64,000 bases of DNA. Source: Felis catus (Eukaryota). The translations under genes were made by a program, and so were the position numbers. The stretch lies in NCBI RefSeq assembly GCF_018350175.1, contig NC_058368.1, positions 110,610,001-110,674,000 on the forward strand. The letters run 5' to 3'. Shown in pieces: positions 49,921 to 60,235 of this stretch. Below the pieces are notes generated by a model. That model did no database searches and was not told where the DNA came from. It was given only the letters and a program-made list of their open reading frames with translations. Every line of letters starts with the position of its first letter. Within the stretch, counting starts at the first letter, position 1.

Positions 49921-51561
49921 GTGCACACACAGAACGAAGAGTGCCTGGCCCACCAGGCTGCTATTACAGTGCTAAGTCTAAAGTGAAGAAACACAAGTGA
50001 AATCCAGTTTTGGGTGTGTAATACTTTACTGCAATTTCTTAATTCTTCTCTTCTCTGACAGTGAGCACCATGGGTATAGAGACGGTGTCTGTCTAGACCT
50101 ACTGCCATCCCCAGGGGGCAGCACAGGGACCCCATGAGAAGAGCCCAGGTATTTTGCTTTTAACACAATGCTCTGGTAATGGCATTATGTGGACGCCTGA
50201 CAGCAAACCTTGGCACCCAAGCCCTGCCTCTGTCCTTGCTCCCCCGGGGGAGGATCACGCCCCCTTAGCAGGCATACTAAGTGGCCTAAGAGTAGTTCTC
50301 TCCGGGGTCCTGGGTCCCACTGCCTCTAAGCAAAAGTTCTTGGGAACAGCCAGAGCATGGTGAGAAGGACCCTTTGGCCTTGATTCAGGAAAAGGATGAG
50401 GATAGGGAACAGGGAATGGGGTTGGGAGACTCCAAGGAAGCACCAAATGTCACCTAGCAAACTGAACATGCCTGGATGATTTGGGGTATACCCAGCTCTG
50501 ATAAGCTGCATTCCTCAAGGGAGCTGGGAAGGCAGTCCCAGGACTGTGGGCAACTCCTGAGCAGCTCCATCAAGCTCTTGTTCCTTGATGGGCCCAAGCC
50601 TTGAACTGGCTCTTTTGGGGTTGACATGTTGGAAACTCCTCCCTCTACACAAAGTCCTTTCTCAAACATAAATCCATTTTCTCTTCCTGACAAACCTGTG
50701 AGCTACTCAACTGTCTATTTTACAAGGTAGGAGGTTGATATAAACACAAAGAGCTCAGACCAAGGTCATCTAGACTTGACCTCATCCTACACTCCTCTTT
50801 CCCTTCTTCCATTTCTCCCCAGGTCCTCCTAGAAAGGCAGGTAGGTGCAACATGGGCCAGGACATCTTAGCCCCAGCAAAGCCTAGGGCATTCCACTTAG
50901 CCCTCAAGACCCCACACCGTTTCTCACATCCAAATGTATCAAGAAATGTGTTTGGCGTCTCCCTCGAGGCTACAAAATAGGGAGGACACAGCAGAGAGGT
51001 CAGGCCCAGACTGTTAATTCAACCCAGACCAGTCTGATTCCAGGGCCCACCAGGGATAGACCCTTTAGAAGGGTCCCACATGGGAGTGCTGTCCAACCCA
51101 TATGCCAAAGGGCAGCCTGGCACAAAAGCACAAAGGACCCTATGAGAAGAATATGCAGGAAGTAAAGGATTCCCAGAACATGCCGTCATCACCCAGCAGA
51201 GAAATGAAGCAGCTTGGGGGCTGTGAGAAAAAGAAGCATAGGGTTTTAAAGCAAAGATATTAGGGTGTCAGGTGGAGAAACGCTACCTAAGGAGCAGGAA
51301 TTTTAAACCTGGAGCTTCATCAATAGTGGCAGAGGGGTCTGGGGTTCTTTAGGAGGAAGCTGGAAGAAAGGTGGACTTGGAGCTTACAGGGTAGAAGTGC
51401 TGCCTACTACTCCAGAATCAGGCTCCCTGAGACACATCATCCAGACAGCAGGTCACTACCTCAGGGCTATTGAGATGGGGGGTGGAGGTCAGAAATGACC
51501 CCAGGTCCATTTCCAGAATCTATCCCGGCAACTTCCTCACGTCGAAATTAAAAACCCAGGA

Positions 51562-51667
51562 GACCATGAGCACTGGGTGTTACATGGAAGTGATGAATCC
51601 CTGGGTTCCACTCCTGAAACCAATACTACACTCTTGGTTAACTAACTTGAATTTAAATTTTAAAAAA
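51562..51667 (+). mobile_element. Severely 5'-truncated carnivore L1 3' end
   Basis: Aligns by eye with the last ~105 nt of the long L1 (44938-45043): gtgatgaatc..ctcctgaa..ttaactaac..gaatttaaa. Confidence 0.8.
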
Positions 51668-52403
51668 GTAACTATAAACCCACAGGTGAACAGAATCCTG
51701 TTCACAGACTGGACTTCACACCTCGGGACAGCCTCCTTTTCCATTCCCTTGGAAGACACCTAGCCCTCAGAATCCTTCCAACCTCTTGTACTTCTGCTGG
51801 GAAGGATGGAACTGCTCACCACTGGACCCAGAAGGGAGGCAAACTGTTGCACCAGCAGACCAGGTTGAGAGGGCAAAGGGCAAAGTCAGCCAGAGAGAGA
51901 GAAAGACCTGGACACTGTGGGCAACTGCACTATCCCAGTAACCTTCTCCATCCCCTTTGCTTCCATGGGCAGCAGCTACTCTGATCAGAACCTGGGATTT
52001 GCAGGGAGGGCTGAGATCTCACACAATTAATGTGGACTTTAGCTCCAAGTAGAAATGTGGCCGTTCCAACAAAGTGGACACACTACATCTTGGTTCTCCC
52101 CCACTGCACGGAGTTCTGGGTACCAGATGTCAATATTAGCCTGTATGCCAACTACATGCACCAGAGCTGAGCCTGATTCGACTGGATTTTCTCTTGATCT
52201 AATTTCACAAAGATGTCACTGTACAATTTCCAGGGGCCTAGTAGGAGACAGGCAGTGCTGAATATGCAGCCAGAGATGAGTAACAGCCAGTCCTCTGTTT
52301 TCAAGCTTCCATTCTGGGGTAAACTATAGAGAGAGCCACCTGTGCACACTTTCTACAAGAGACTGCACTCACCCACGTGACATCACATCTAAAATCAAAT
52401 CCC

Positions 52404-52612
52404 TGGGGTGCCTCGGGTGGCTCAGTCGGTTAAGCATCCATCCAGCTCTTGACTTCAGTTCAGGCCACAAGCTCATGGTTTGTGAAACCAGGCCCCATGT
52501 CAGGCTCTGCACCGACAGTGTGGAGCCTGCTTGGGATAATCTCTCTCCCTCCCTCCCTGTGACATTCCCCAACTCATGCTCTCTCTCTCAAAATAAATAT
52601 TTAAAAAATGAT
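52404..52612 (+). mobile_element. Can-SINE (Fc2-like)
   Basis: Outer flanks aaaatcaaa(a)tccc. Confidence 0.9.
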
Positions 52613-52615
52613 AAA

Positions 52616-52852
52616 GGGGCGCCTGGGTGGCTCAGTCAGTTGAGCGTCTGACTTCAGCTCAGGTCATGATCTCACGGTTCATGGGTTCGAGCCCCGCATC
52701 GGGCTCTGTGCTGACAGCTCAGAGCCTGGAGCCTGCTTCGGATTCTGTGTCTCCCTTTCTCTCTCTGTTCCTCCCCCACTCATGCTCTGTCTCTCTCTCA
52801 ATAATAAATAAACATTAAAAAATTTTTTTTAAATAAAATAAAATAAAATAAA
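52616..52852 (+). mobile_element. SINEC_Fc-type SINE inserted in the tail of the preceding SINE
   Basis: TSD aaaaaatgataaa. Confidence 0.93.
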
Positions 52853-53451
52853 AAATGATAAAATTTTTAAAAATCAAAATCCCAGTTACAACATGCCTGC
52901 CTGCACAAATTCAAAATGTCTGGTTTGTTTCCATCTGTCTCACAAATTTCAAAACATTCCTTTTCAGGTACAGAGACAGAAGCTAAAGGGTAACCTATTA
53001 TGCTATTATTTCCAACATTCGGCGCAGAGCACCTAGTCTGCCCAGACTGTGATGTGGAAGGAAGAGAGCAGACAGCACACGTAAGTAGGCTATTCTGGTG
53101 CTTTCAGACTCAAATGTGGGTCTTGTTAGCACCATCCAGTTCTATTTGTGCCTCTTTTGCCTCATACAATCCAACAAATTGATTCCAATACAGTCAAGTT
53201 CATCACATTATTTCTGAATCAAAAATTGGAAACCATCGAAACAGGAAAAGAGCTAACTAAATTATATAGCTACTAGAGGTTTTTAAAGAATATTAATGAT
53301 ATGGAAAATGTTCATTTGTTAGGTAATGAGCAAGACACAAAACCCTAGAGGAGATCAAATTCACTTAAAAGTTGCAACATACACCTGTATGTCTGAATTA
53401 TATACATATTTATAGCCCGGCAGCTCAGGTGCCTAAGACTTGGACAGCATT

Positions 53452-53562
53452 TTCTTTTCTTAAGATTTTTTATGTTTTTAAAGTAATCTTCACGTGGGAC
53501 TCAAATTCACAACCCTAAGGTCAAGAGTCGGGTGCTCTACCAGCTGAACCCGCCAGGCATCC
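53452..53562 (-). mobile_element. Short old-type Can-SINE
   Basis: Reverse complement of the short type; flanks cagcatttt. Confidence 0.75.
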
Positions 53563-54009
53563 TACTGGCAGCATTTTTGATCGATGTATGATGCGACGCT
53601 CCAAACATCAAAGACTACTTGACTGCAGCACACTGGGGCTTAGAACGCAGAGACTGTGCTAAGAGGAAGAGCACAAGAACGCTAGATCCACTAAGGGAGG
53701 ATGAGCCTCCTGATAGGGGAGCCCTCGACAGGGAAACAGGAAGGCCAGGATGCCAGAAAGTACACACTGATTTAGCTGCTTTACTTTTCTTTGCAATCCT
53801 ACTTTACCACATTTTCAATAATCTTCACTACTCAGCAGAATATTGGGCCTAAAGTAGGATTTAGAAATCTAAGGGGAATTCATAGAGTACTACTACTAAA
53901 AGGAACAAAACCAAGCTAGCTTCCTCCCAAACAAAGCACTACCCCTCTGTCACCACCCATATGAAGGGCTCCATCATGCCATCACTAAAATGAAACACAC
54001 TTATAAAAT

Positions 54010-55371
54010 CATAGATTTATATTTTTGCCATTTATTTTTAAAATCTTATTCAAAATATTAAATAATACAATTTCAGATATGAAAAATTACTGCCATAAAA
54101 CAGTTCAGGTATATTTCCATTGTGCTGCCCTTCCTTATCAGGACAGTAAACTGTCCACCTGAAAGAAATGGTGGACTGCCCCGCTTCTTCCATCTTTACA
54201 CAAAGCTCATGCCCACTGGCTCACCCGGACTTTCTGAGTGGGTGTTTAACATATATTAGGGGTTATGTTTTCTACAAAGTTGCAGTGACACTTGTAAGTC
54301 AACCATGGTTCAAATCACATATGTACATATTGATCAATTCTTTATTATAGAAAGACAGGGTAAAACAAATTACAGTAAATAATTTCCAGTTGCTGTGACA
54401 AACAAAACAGAAGAAAATAAAACAAGTACAGGGGGAGAAAAAGTCAGTGCACACATATACCCTCTATGTATACAAACAATTTCATTCAGGTATAATTTTA
54501 ATTTGAAAGGCCTAGATACAGAATTACTTAAGTGATAATGACCCCTAAAATTTATTCAAACTTACTATAAAGTAATAGACAACATGAAAAAATCTGATAG
54601 AATTTTAAACTCTGCTCCTTGCTTGGAAGCTTGGAGGAACCCGTGCTACAATCAATTGCTGACTGAAAGCAACTGTATGTGTATTTAATATTTTGCCACA
54701 ATTTCTACCTGTAAATTTAATTCAGTAATTTAAGCCAAAATATGGTATCTCTATAACATTTTATCTAACTGCAGAGTCTCTCTATTGCCAGAATCTCTAG
54801 AGACATTTACTAATATGTTACCTAAAACTGTGGTCAGATTGAGCATTATCATTATCTTAAGTTATGTTTAAATCATCCAAAAATATCCAAAGCGATTTTC
54901 CTGGAAGAAAAAATGTTACTCATATGCCAAGCGCTATTATACGCATCCTTGTACATTAACAGTTTGGGATCACAAAATGTGTGCTTATAAAACAGTATTT
55001 GGATGGCAGAAAGAGACTCGGAGCCAGCAGTACCAGATATGTTAGGATTTAGTTACAAGGTTGGGATCTTGTAAAACTAGTATTACTAACACTTCCAGAA
55101 GAAGAACAATAAAGAAATCTAAAACAAAACTAATATAATGCTTAGCTCCACATTCTGGACACCTGATTGAATTTACCTCTAAATGTGTAGATAGATAAAA
55201 AATTATATACTCCTTGTTTGTGACATTTCATTTCGAAAGCACCAAGGCAAAATAAAGAGAGACCCACCTCTCATTTAAGTACCAACTGCCTATGGCAAAC
55301 ATCTGCACAATATTATATAAAAAAGTCAAGCAAATAAAATTACATAATAAGCAAACTCAAATCACAGTGCT
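54010..55371 (-). other. C5orf15: C5orf15 3' UTR (distal end approximate)
   Basis: AT-rich, apparently repeat-free stretch after the stop, with minus-strand AATAAA hexamers at 54551-54556, 54341-54346 and 54031-54036. Confidence 0.65.
54031..54036 (-). terminator. Candidate distal polyadenylation signal (AATAAA) of C5orf15
   Basis: tttatt on plus; T-rich sequence follows on the minus strand. Alternatives at 54341 and 54551. Confidence 0.5.
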
Positions 55372-55503
55372 TTAAAAAATATAATCATTGGTAATCTTCA
55401 GCGAAGGCATTGCCTCATTAACATTCTGGTCTAGACGATGATATTCCACTGTTTTGGAACAAAGACCATCACGCCATTTCCTACTCTGAACCAGAAGGAA
55501 AAT
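55372..55503 (-). CDS. C5orf15: C5orf15 last coding exon ([43 protein letters not shown])
   Basis: Acceptor ttttccag|ATT at 55504/55503, in frame with the phase-0 donor of exon 2; 43 codons then TAA at 55374-55372. Not in the ORF track because it is short and lacks a start codon. Confidence 0.96.
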   Translation of the reverse strand: MFLLVQSRKWRDGLCSKTVEYHRLDQNVNEAMPSLKITNDYIF

Positions 55504-55663
55504 CTGGAAAAGAACAAAATAAATTAGATGTGGAAAAAACAAAGTGGAGGATATGCTAAAAATATGTATAACAAGTGCACTCTCCCTCTCTCCTAGTTTC
55601 CTAAATATGGAAAATAAAATAACAACAAAAGGACTGTATTTTTCATCTTGTAAACAAAGTTAA

Positions 55664-55810
55664 ACAGTGCTTCTCAAATTTTATGTACAGAGTGCTTGCT
55701 GAAGACTGATTCCTGGGTTCTATCTGCAGAGATGAGTTAGTAGATCACAGTGGAGCCCAGGAGCCCACTTGTTGGCCCAACATTCAACACTGGGTTAGAG
55801 TATCACTGGC
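55664..55810. mobile_element. MER5-like hAT DNA transposon remnant
   Basis: cagtgcttctcaaa..gattcctggg..ggagcccagga..gagtatcactg; ends resemble imperfect terminal inverted repeats. Confidence 0.5.
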
Positions 55811-55828
55811 ACTCAAAATAAACATGTA

Positions 55829-55991
55829 GGGGTGCCTGGGTGGCTCAGTCAGTTAAGCCTCTGACTTTGGCTCAAGTCATGATCTCACAGTTCACGGGTT
55901 CAAGCCCCACATCGGGCTCTGTGCTGACAGCTCAGAGCCTGGAGCCTGCTTCGGATTCTGTCTCCCTCACTCTCTTCCCATCTCCCACTTG

Positions 55992-56023
<32 letters not shown>

Positions 56024-56048
56024 AATAAACAAATATTTAAAAAATGAT
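55829..56048 (+). mobile_element. SINEC_Fc-type SINE in C5orf15 intron 2 (antisense to gene)
   Basis: TSD aaaataaacatgta. Confidence 0.94.
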
Positions 56049-56456
56049 AAAATAAACATGTAATACCTTTATAACAAGGAAAAAGTTATTAAAAATACCA
56101 TTAAGTTCAATGCTTAATTAAAAGTATTAAATTAACAATCTTTCTCCACATGTATTCCCACTGAAGTAGCAATGCTAACTTAAGGCCTAAGTGATTTTTT
56201 TTTTTTTTAAAAACCACTGGGCTTTGGATTTGTTCATTAAAAAACAATTTGACTTCTTTTTCAGAAGCATACAAGGTAAAGCATTCTAATTTATAAAAAT
56301 ACACCAGAGATTTATATTGATTAGACATCTTGATATTTTACCATCAATTTAAACTTGACTAAAAAAGAAAAAAATTCTGAATCATCAAAAATATTCATAA
56401 GAAATACAATGGAGATAATAAAGGGCAAATAGAGGGGATGAAAACCCCAAACTTAC

Positions 56457-56983
56457 CTTCCTTTTGTTGTGATATGTAATGTAAACAACAGCAATACAAA
56501 AAGCAAAAATAATAAGATGAAAAAAGAAATGGCTATCTTCCTCTTCAATATTTGAGGATGGGGTCTTAAAAGATCTCACTGACTGTTCAATTTCCATGTA
56601 GTTCCTGTTTTCTTCCAGAGCTTCACTGGACTCATCGTCCCTGGGGCTGGTGGTCCAGTCATAGTCTGGTTCTCCATAGTCTCCATTGTCCAGAGTGTCT
56701 TTGGCGGTAGATGGAGAACTATTGAGCGTAAGAAGATCCTCCTCCTCTATGCTGGGATCTTCATTGTTATCTGTCTCCTCTTGAGACAGGGAAGTAGTAG
56801 GTGAGGGATGAGGGGCCACAGATGCCCCTCCACCTTTCTCTGTACTAGTTGTGGGACGGAGAGTGGCGCTGATTTGGGAGACAGAAAGTTTGGTTTGGTT
56901 TTCATGTGTTAAAGCACTCATATTTGGAGCAGAGACATCTGGCTGGAGTACAGTTTGGCTCAGCAAATCAGTCTGTGGTACAG
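56457..56983 (-). CDS. C5orf15: C5orf15 / KCT2 (keratinocyte-associated transmembrane protein 2), internal coding exon (exon 2, 527 nt)
   Basis: Translation ..[77 protein letters not shown] matches my recollection of human C5orf15. Acceptor ttttag|CTGTA at 56984/56983 (phase 1); donor AAG|gtaagt at 56457/56456 (phase 0). Confidence 0.96.
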
Positions 56984-57882
56984 CTAAAATGGTGAATAAA
57001 AAACATTAAACTGAAATCTCCAACTTTATCTCCATCAAGCTAGAAGCATATTTGCCTAAATTTTTTGCTAAGCATTTTTTTGCCAAATCCCTCTTTCTCT
57101 TGAGAATTTGTTAATAAGTCTCAACAGCCAGCCATCAGTCACATTTCTTCTTAGTCAATCATTCATCAGATAATAACTCTTTAGCCAGAAAGTAACAACT
57201 ACATTACACAGCCTGTCACAGAAAGAAAAAGAATAGAGAGGGATGACTTTAGGTCACAATGGTGAAATCCACAAAGTTGTTACGCATCCCCTGTTTTCAT
57301 TTCACAAAGAGGTTGGACTTCAGTAATCCTTGCCTAGACTGCACCTCATCCCCAGAACAGAAAGATCGGTGGCTGATCCTAGCTCAAGTAGGTCACAAAC
57401 CAGATATGGAATGTGAGCCTAAATATTTCCAATACAACCAATTTAAGAGAAGCTATACGCAAGCTGTAGGTAGCATTTCTAAATGATACTAGAACCAGAA
57501 CACTTCCTCTCCCAATTTTTTTTTTTTTTTTAAGTATTCTTAGGAAGGACTAAGGGAAAACTCCTAAAAGGGAAGAAATGGAAATTGGAAACTTGAAAAC
57601 TAAGTGTGAACTAGACTTTTCACGATTGGGGAAGGCAATCCAGGTATGGGAATAACACCAAATACATACAAGCTCTTATTTCCTTGAACTCCTACCCAGT
57701 CAGTGTGGTTTACTTAAGTAGTTTAAATTATTTAGAGAAGTAACTCTACATAGCAAAAGTTTAGAAGAATCCCTGCTGAAATTTAACAGTGTCTCTAATT
57801 TATAAGCTAATGTAATATCTGTTGAAGAACTTCAAGAATATCCATTATACTTGTAAAAAAGAAAAAAATGGGGGAGGGGGGT

Positions 57883-58102
57883 GGCACCTGGGTGGCTCAG
57901 TCAGTTAAGTGTACAACTTCAGCTCAGGTCACCGTCTGGTGGTTTGTGAATTAGAGCCCTGCGTCAGGCTCTGTGCTGACAGCTCAGAGCCTGGAGCCTA
58001 TTTCAGATTGTGTGTCTCCTCCTGTCTCTGCCCCTCCCATGCTCATACTCTGTCTCTATCTCTCAGTAATAAAATAAATGTTAAAAAAATTAAAAAAAAA
58101 AA
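57883..58102 (+). mobile_element. SINEC_Fc-type SINE in C5orf15 intron 1 (antisense to gene)
   Basis: Canonical body and A tail. Confidence 0.9.
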
Positions 58103-58719
58103 AGAATGGTCACGTGAGATCTAAAAATACACAGATACTATTTTAACATCTATCAAATTATAGTAAAATATTTTATAGGGGTAAAATTAAACCAAATAAT
58201 TCCTGGGCTTTCACAAACATGTGCATGCACATAAATTAAGAATCTAACAGACCACTCTGTTCAAACATGTAATACCTGAATACATGAATACACTCTGGTT
58301 TGTGTATCATAGATGACACCTATTTTGTATAGAAAAAATAAATAGCTAGTGTCAACTGGACGGAATGGAATCTCTTAGAAAAAATAATTTAATAAATTGG
58401 TAAAAAAAATTAGTAAATTAGTAACACTCTCTTAAATATTTTCAACAATTGATTCCTTGAAACTTTCCATTAGAAGAAAGAAACAGGGCCTATAAGTGAG
58501 TACATTATTCAGAAAATTATTAACAGGAATTTGTTAAAATAATTTTTACATTTGTCACTTCAAATAAGTTATGATTCAGACATTTACAAATTATTATTTC
58601 TCTGGTATATTTAACTTTCCTGCCAAAGTTGGTGAAAATATGATTTAAAATATAATTTTTTTAAGTTGGGAGAGAACTAACCTTGACTTTTTTAAAAAAA
58701 TCGTTTTTCTATACATCAC

Positions 58720-58946
58720 TTTTAAAAAAAATTTTTTTTAATGTTTATTTATTTTTGAGACAGAGAGAGACAGAGCATGAATGGGGGAGGGTCAGAGAGA
58801 GGGAGACACAGAATCCGAAACGGGCTCCAGGCCCTGAGCTGTCAGCACAGAGCCCGACGCGGGGCTCGAACTCGAACTCACGGACCGCAAGATCATGACC
58901 CGAGCCGAAGTCGGCCGCTTAACCGACTGAGCCACCCAGGCGCCCC
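58720..58946 (-). mobile_element. Young SINEC_Fc-type SINE in intron 1 (sense to gene)
   Basis: CpG-rich; ends gagccacccaggcgcccc. Confidence 0.94.
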
Positions 58947-58967
58947 TTTTTAGAATAATCATGTATA

Positions 58968-58995
58968 GTGCTCACTTCGGCAGCACATATACTAA
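58968..58995 (+). pseudogene. RNU6: 3'-truncated U6 snRNA retrocopy (U6 nt 1-28)
   Basis: GTGCTCACTTCGGCAGCACATATACTAA vs U6 GTGCTCGCTTCGGCAGCACATATACTAA (1 mismatch); flanked by 17-bp direct repeats 58951-58967 and 58998-59014 (1 mismatch). Confidence 0.9.
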
Positions 58996-60235
58996 TATAG
59001 AATTATCATGTATATCTAAAGGACACAAGCTGATAAGGGTGGCAGTGATTATAATTCTCCCCACCTCCTACCCATCTCCACGTCTAGAAACCCATCCACT
59101 GTGCACTCTAGAATTCAGTCAAGTATCAGCAAATCCCTTCCTTTATCCTTCACTTTGTTGTGATAACTGAAACCTGGCTCTCCCTTAAAGATACACTTTC
59201 CCTGAAGCCCTTTTAATTAATAGCTGTTTTTTTCACCCACATCCTTGTACCACTGAGTTTGGAAAAGGGGGGAAACTGTTCTGGGGTGGGGCATGGGGTG
59301 TGTGGGGGCGGGGGAACCTTCCAGACTATTCTCCCTTTCCCCTCCCTAAATGCACCAGCCTTGATTCTCCTATCATCAGCTCTCACCCACTAACCTTTGT
59401 CCACCAACTCCCGGTCACAGTTCCTATTCTTCTGGCTCTAGAGTTCATGCTACCCAGGTGCTCTTGTCTTGATTTCAAATCCTTGCCCCCTCTTCTGATG
59501 ACCAGCCCTCCCCCTTACCTTAACCTGTCACACCATGGTCACTATCATCACAACTCTTCCATAATCTCAATTTCATGCATCCTCCTACTTGCTGACATAA
59601 CCACCTATCCTTCTAATTCATCCCCTGGTATCCTGAATCTATCAGGACCTACAGCTCTGATTCTACCATCTTTTCAGTCCCTCATGGCCACCATCCCACC
59701 CGTGCCCAATATCTTTGCCCTCCCTCTTTACCCAGATTCAATTTTATAGTCAGCATTATGCATCCCTTACATACACCTCCAATCCCCATCCCCTTGCTCA
59801 CTTTGTTCCACTCACTTGGCAAGGCTACATCCCAAGTAAAATCAAACTCTGTGACCACTCCCTGTTGCACCAACTGGCTGAACTTGGCTGGAAATAAATA
59901 CAAAACCATGTCACCATTTTTATTTCATTTTAAATTCAATGCCAAAAATTCAAGTGTATGTGTAATGCTACTGGCAATTATACTATATTTTTCTAGTCCA
60001 TTCACCCTCTTGCTCCCTTAGGAGACCATTCACAAGTTCCTCTGTTCTCCCAACACCTTCTCTGTTGTCCTCGTTTTCACTGGCATCACTTCCTAACTTC
60101 TCAGAGAAAAAGGAAGCCATGAGAAGAGAACTTCCATGAATTACCAGAACTCTAGGCTCATAAATCCACTGCTACTTGACATCTCCTCTTGATGTCTGAC
60201 ATTCAAATTAACATATTCAAAATGAATTCTTACTT

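Noticed and set aside
56385..56456. ORF-track extension [23 protein letters not shown] of the C5orf15 exon
   Set aside because: Lies past a consensus gtaagt donor; intron read-through with no evidence of a real isoform. The ORF-track TTG start at 56966 is internal to the exon.
59300..60021. 149-aa and neighbouring hydrophobic/proline-rich ORFs (also 10250-11150)
   Set aside because: Chance ORFs in pyrimidine-rich L2 remnants.
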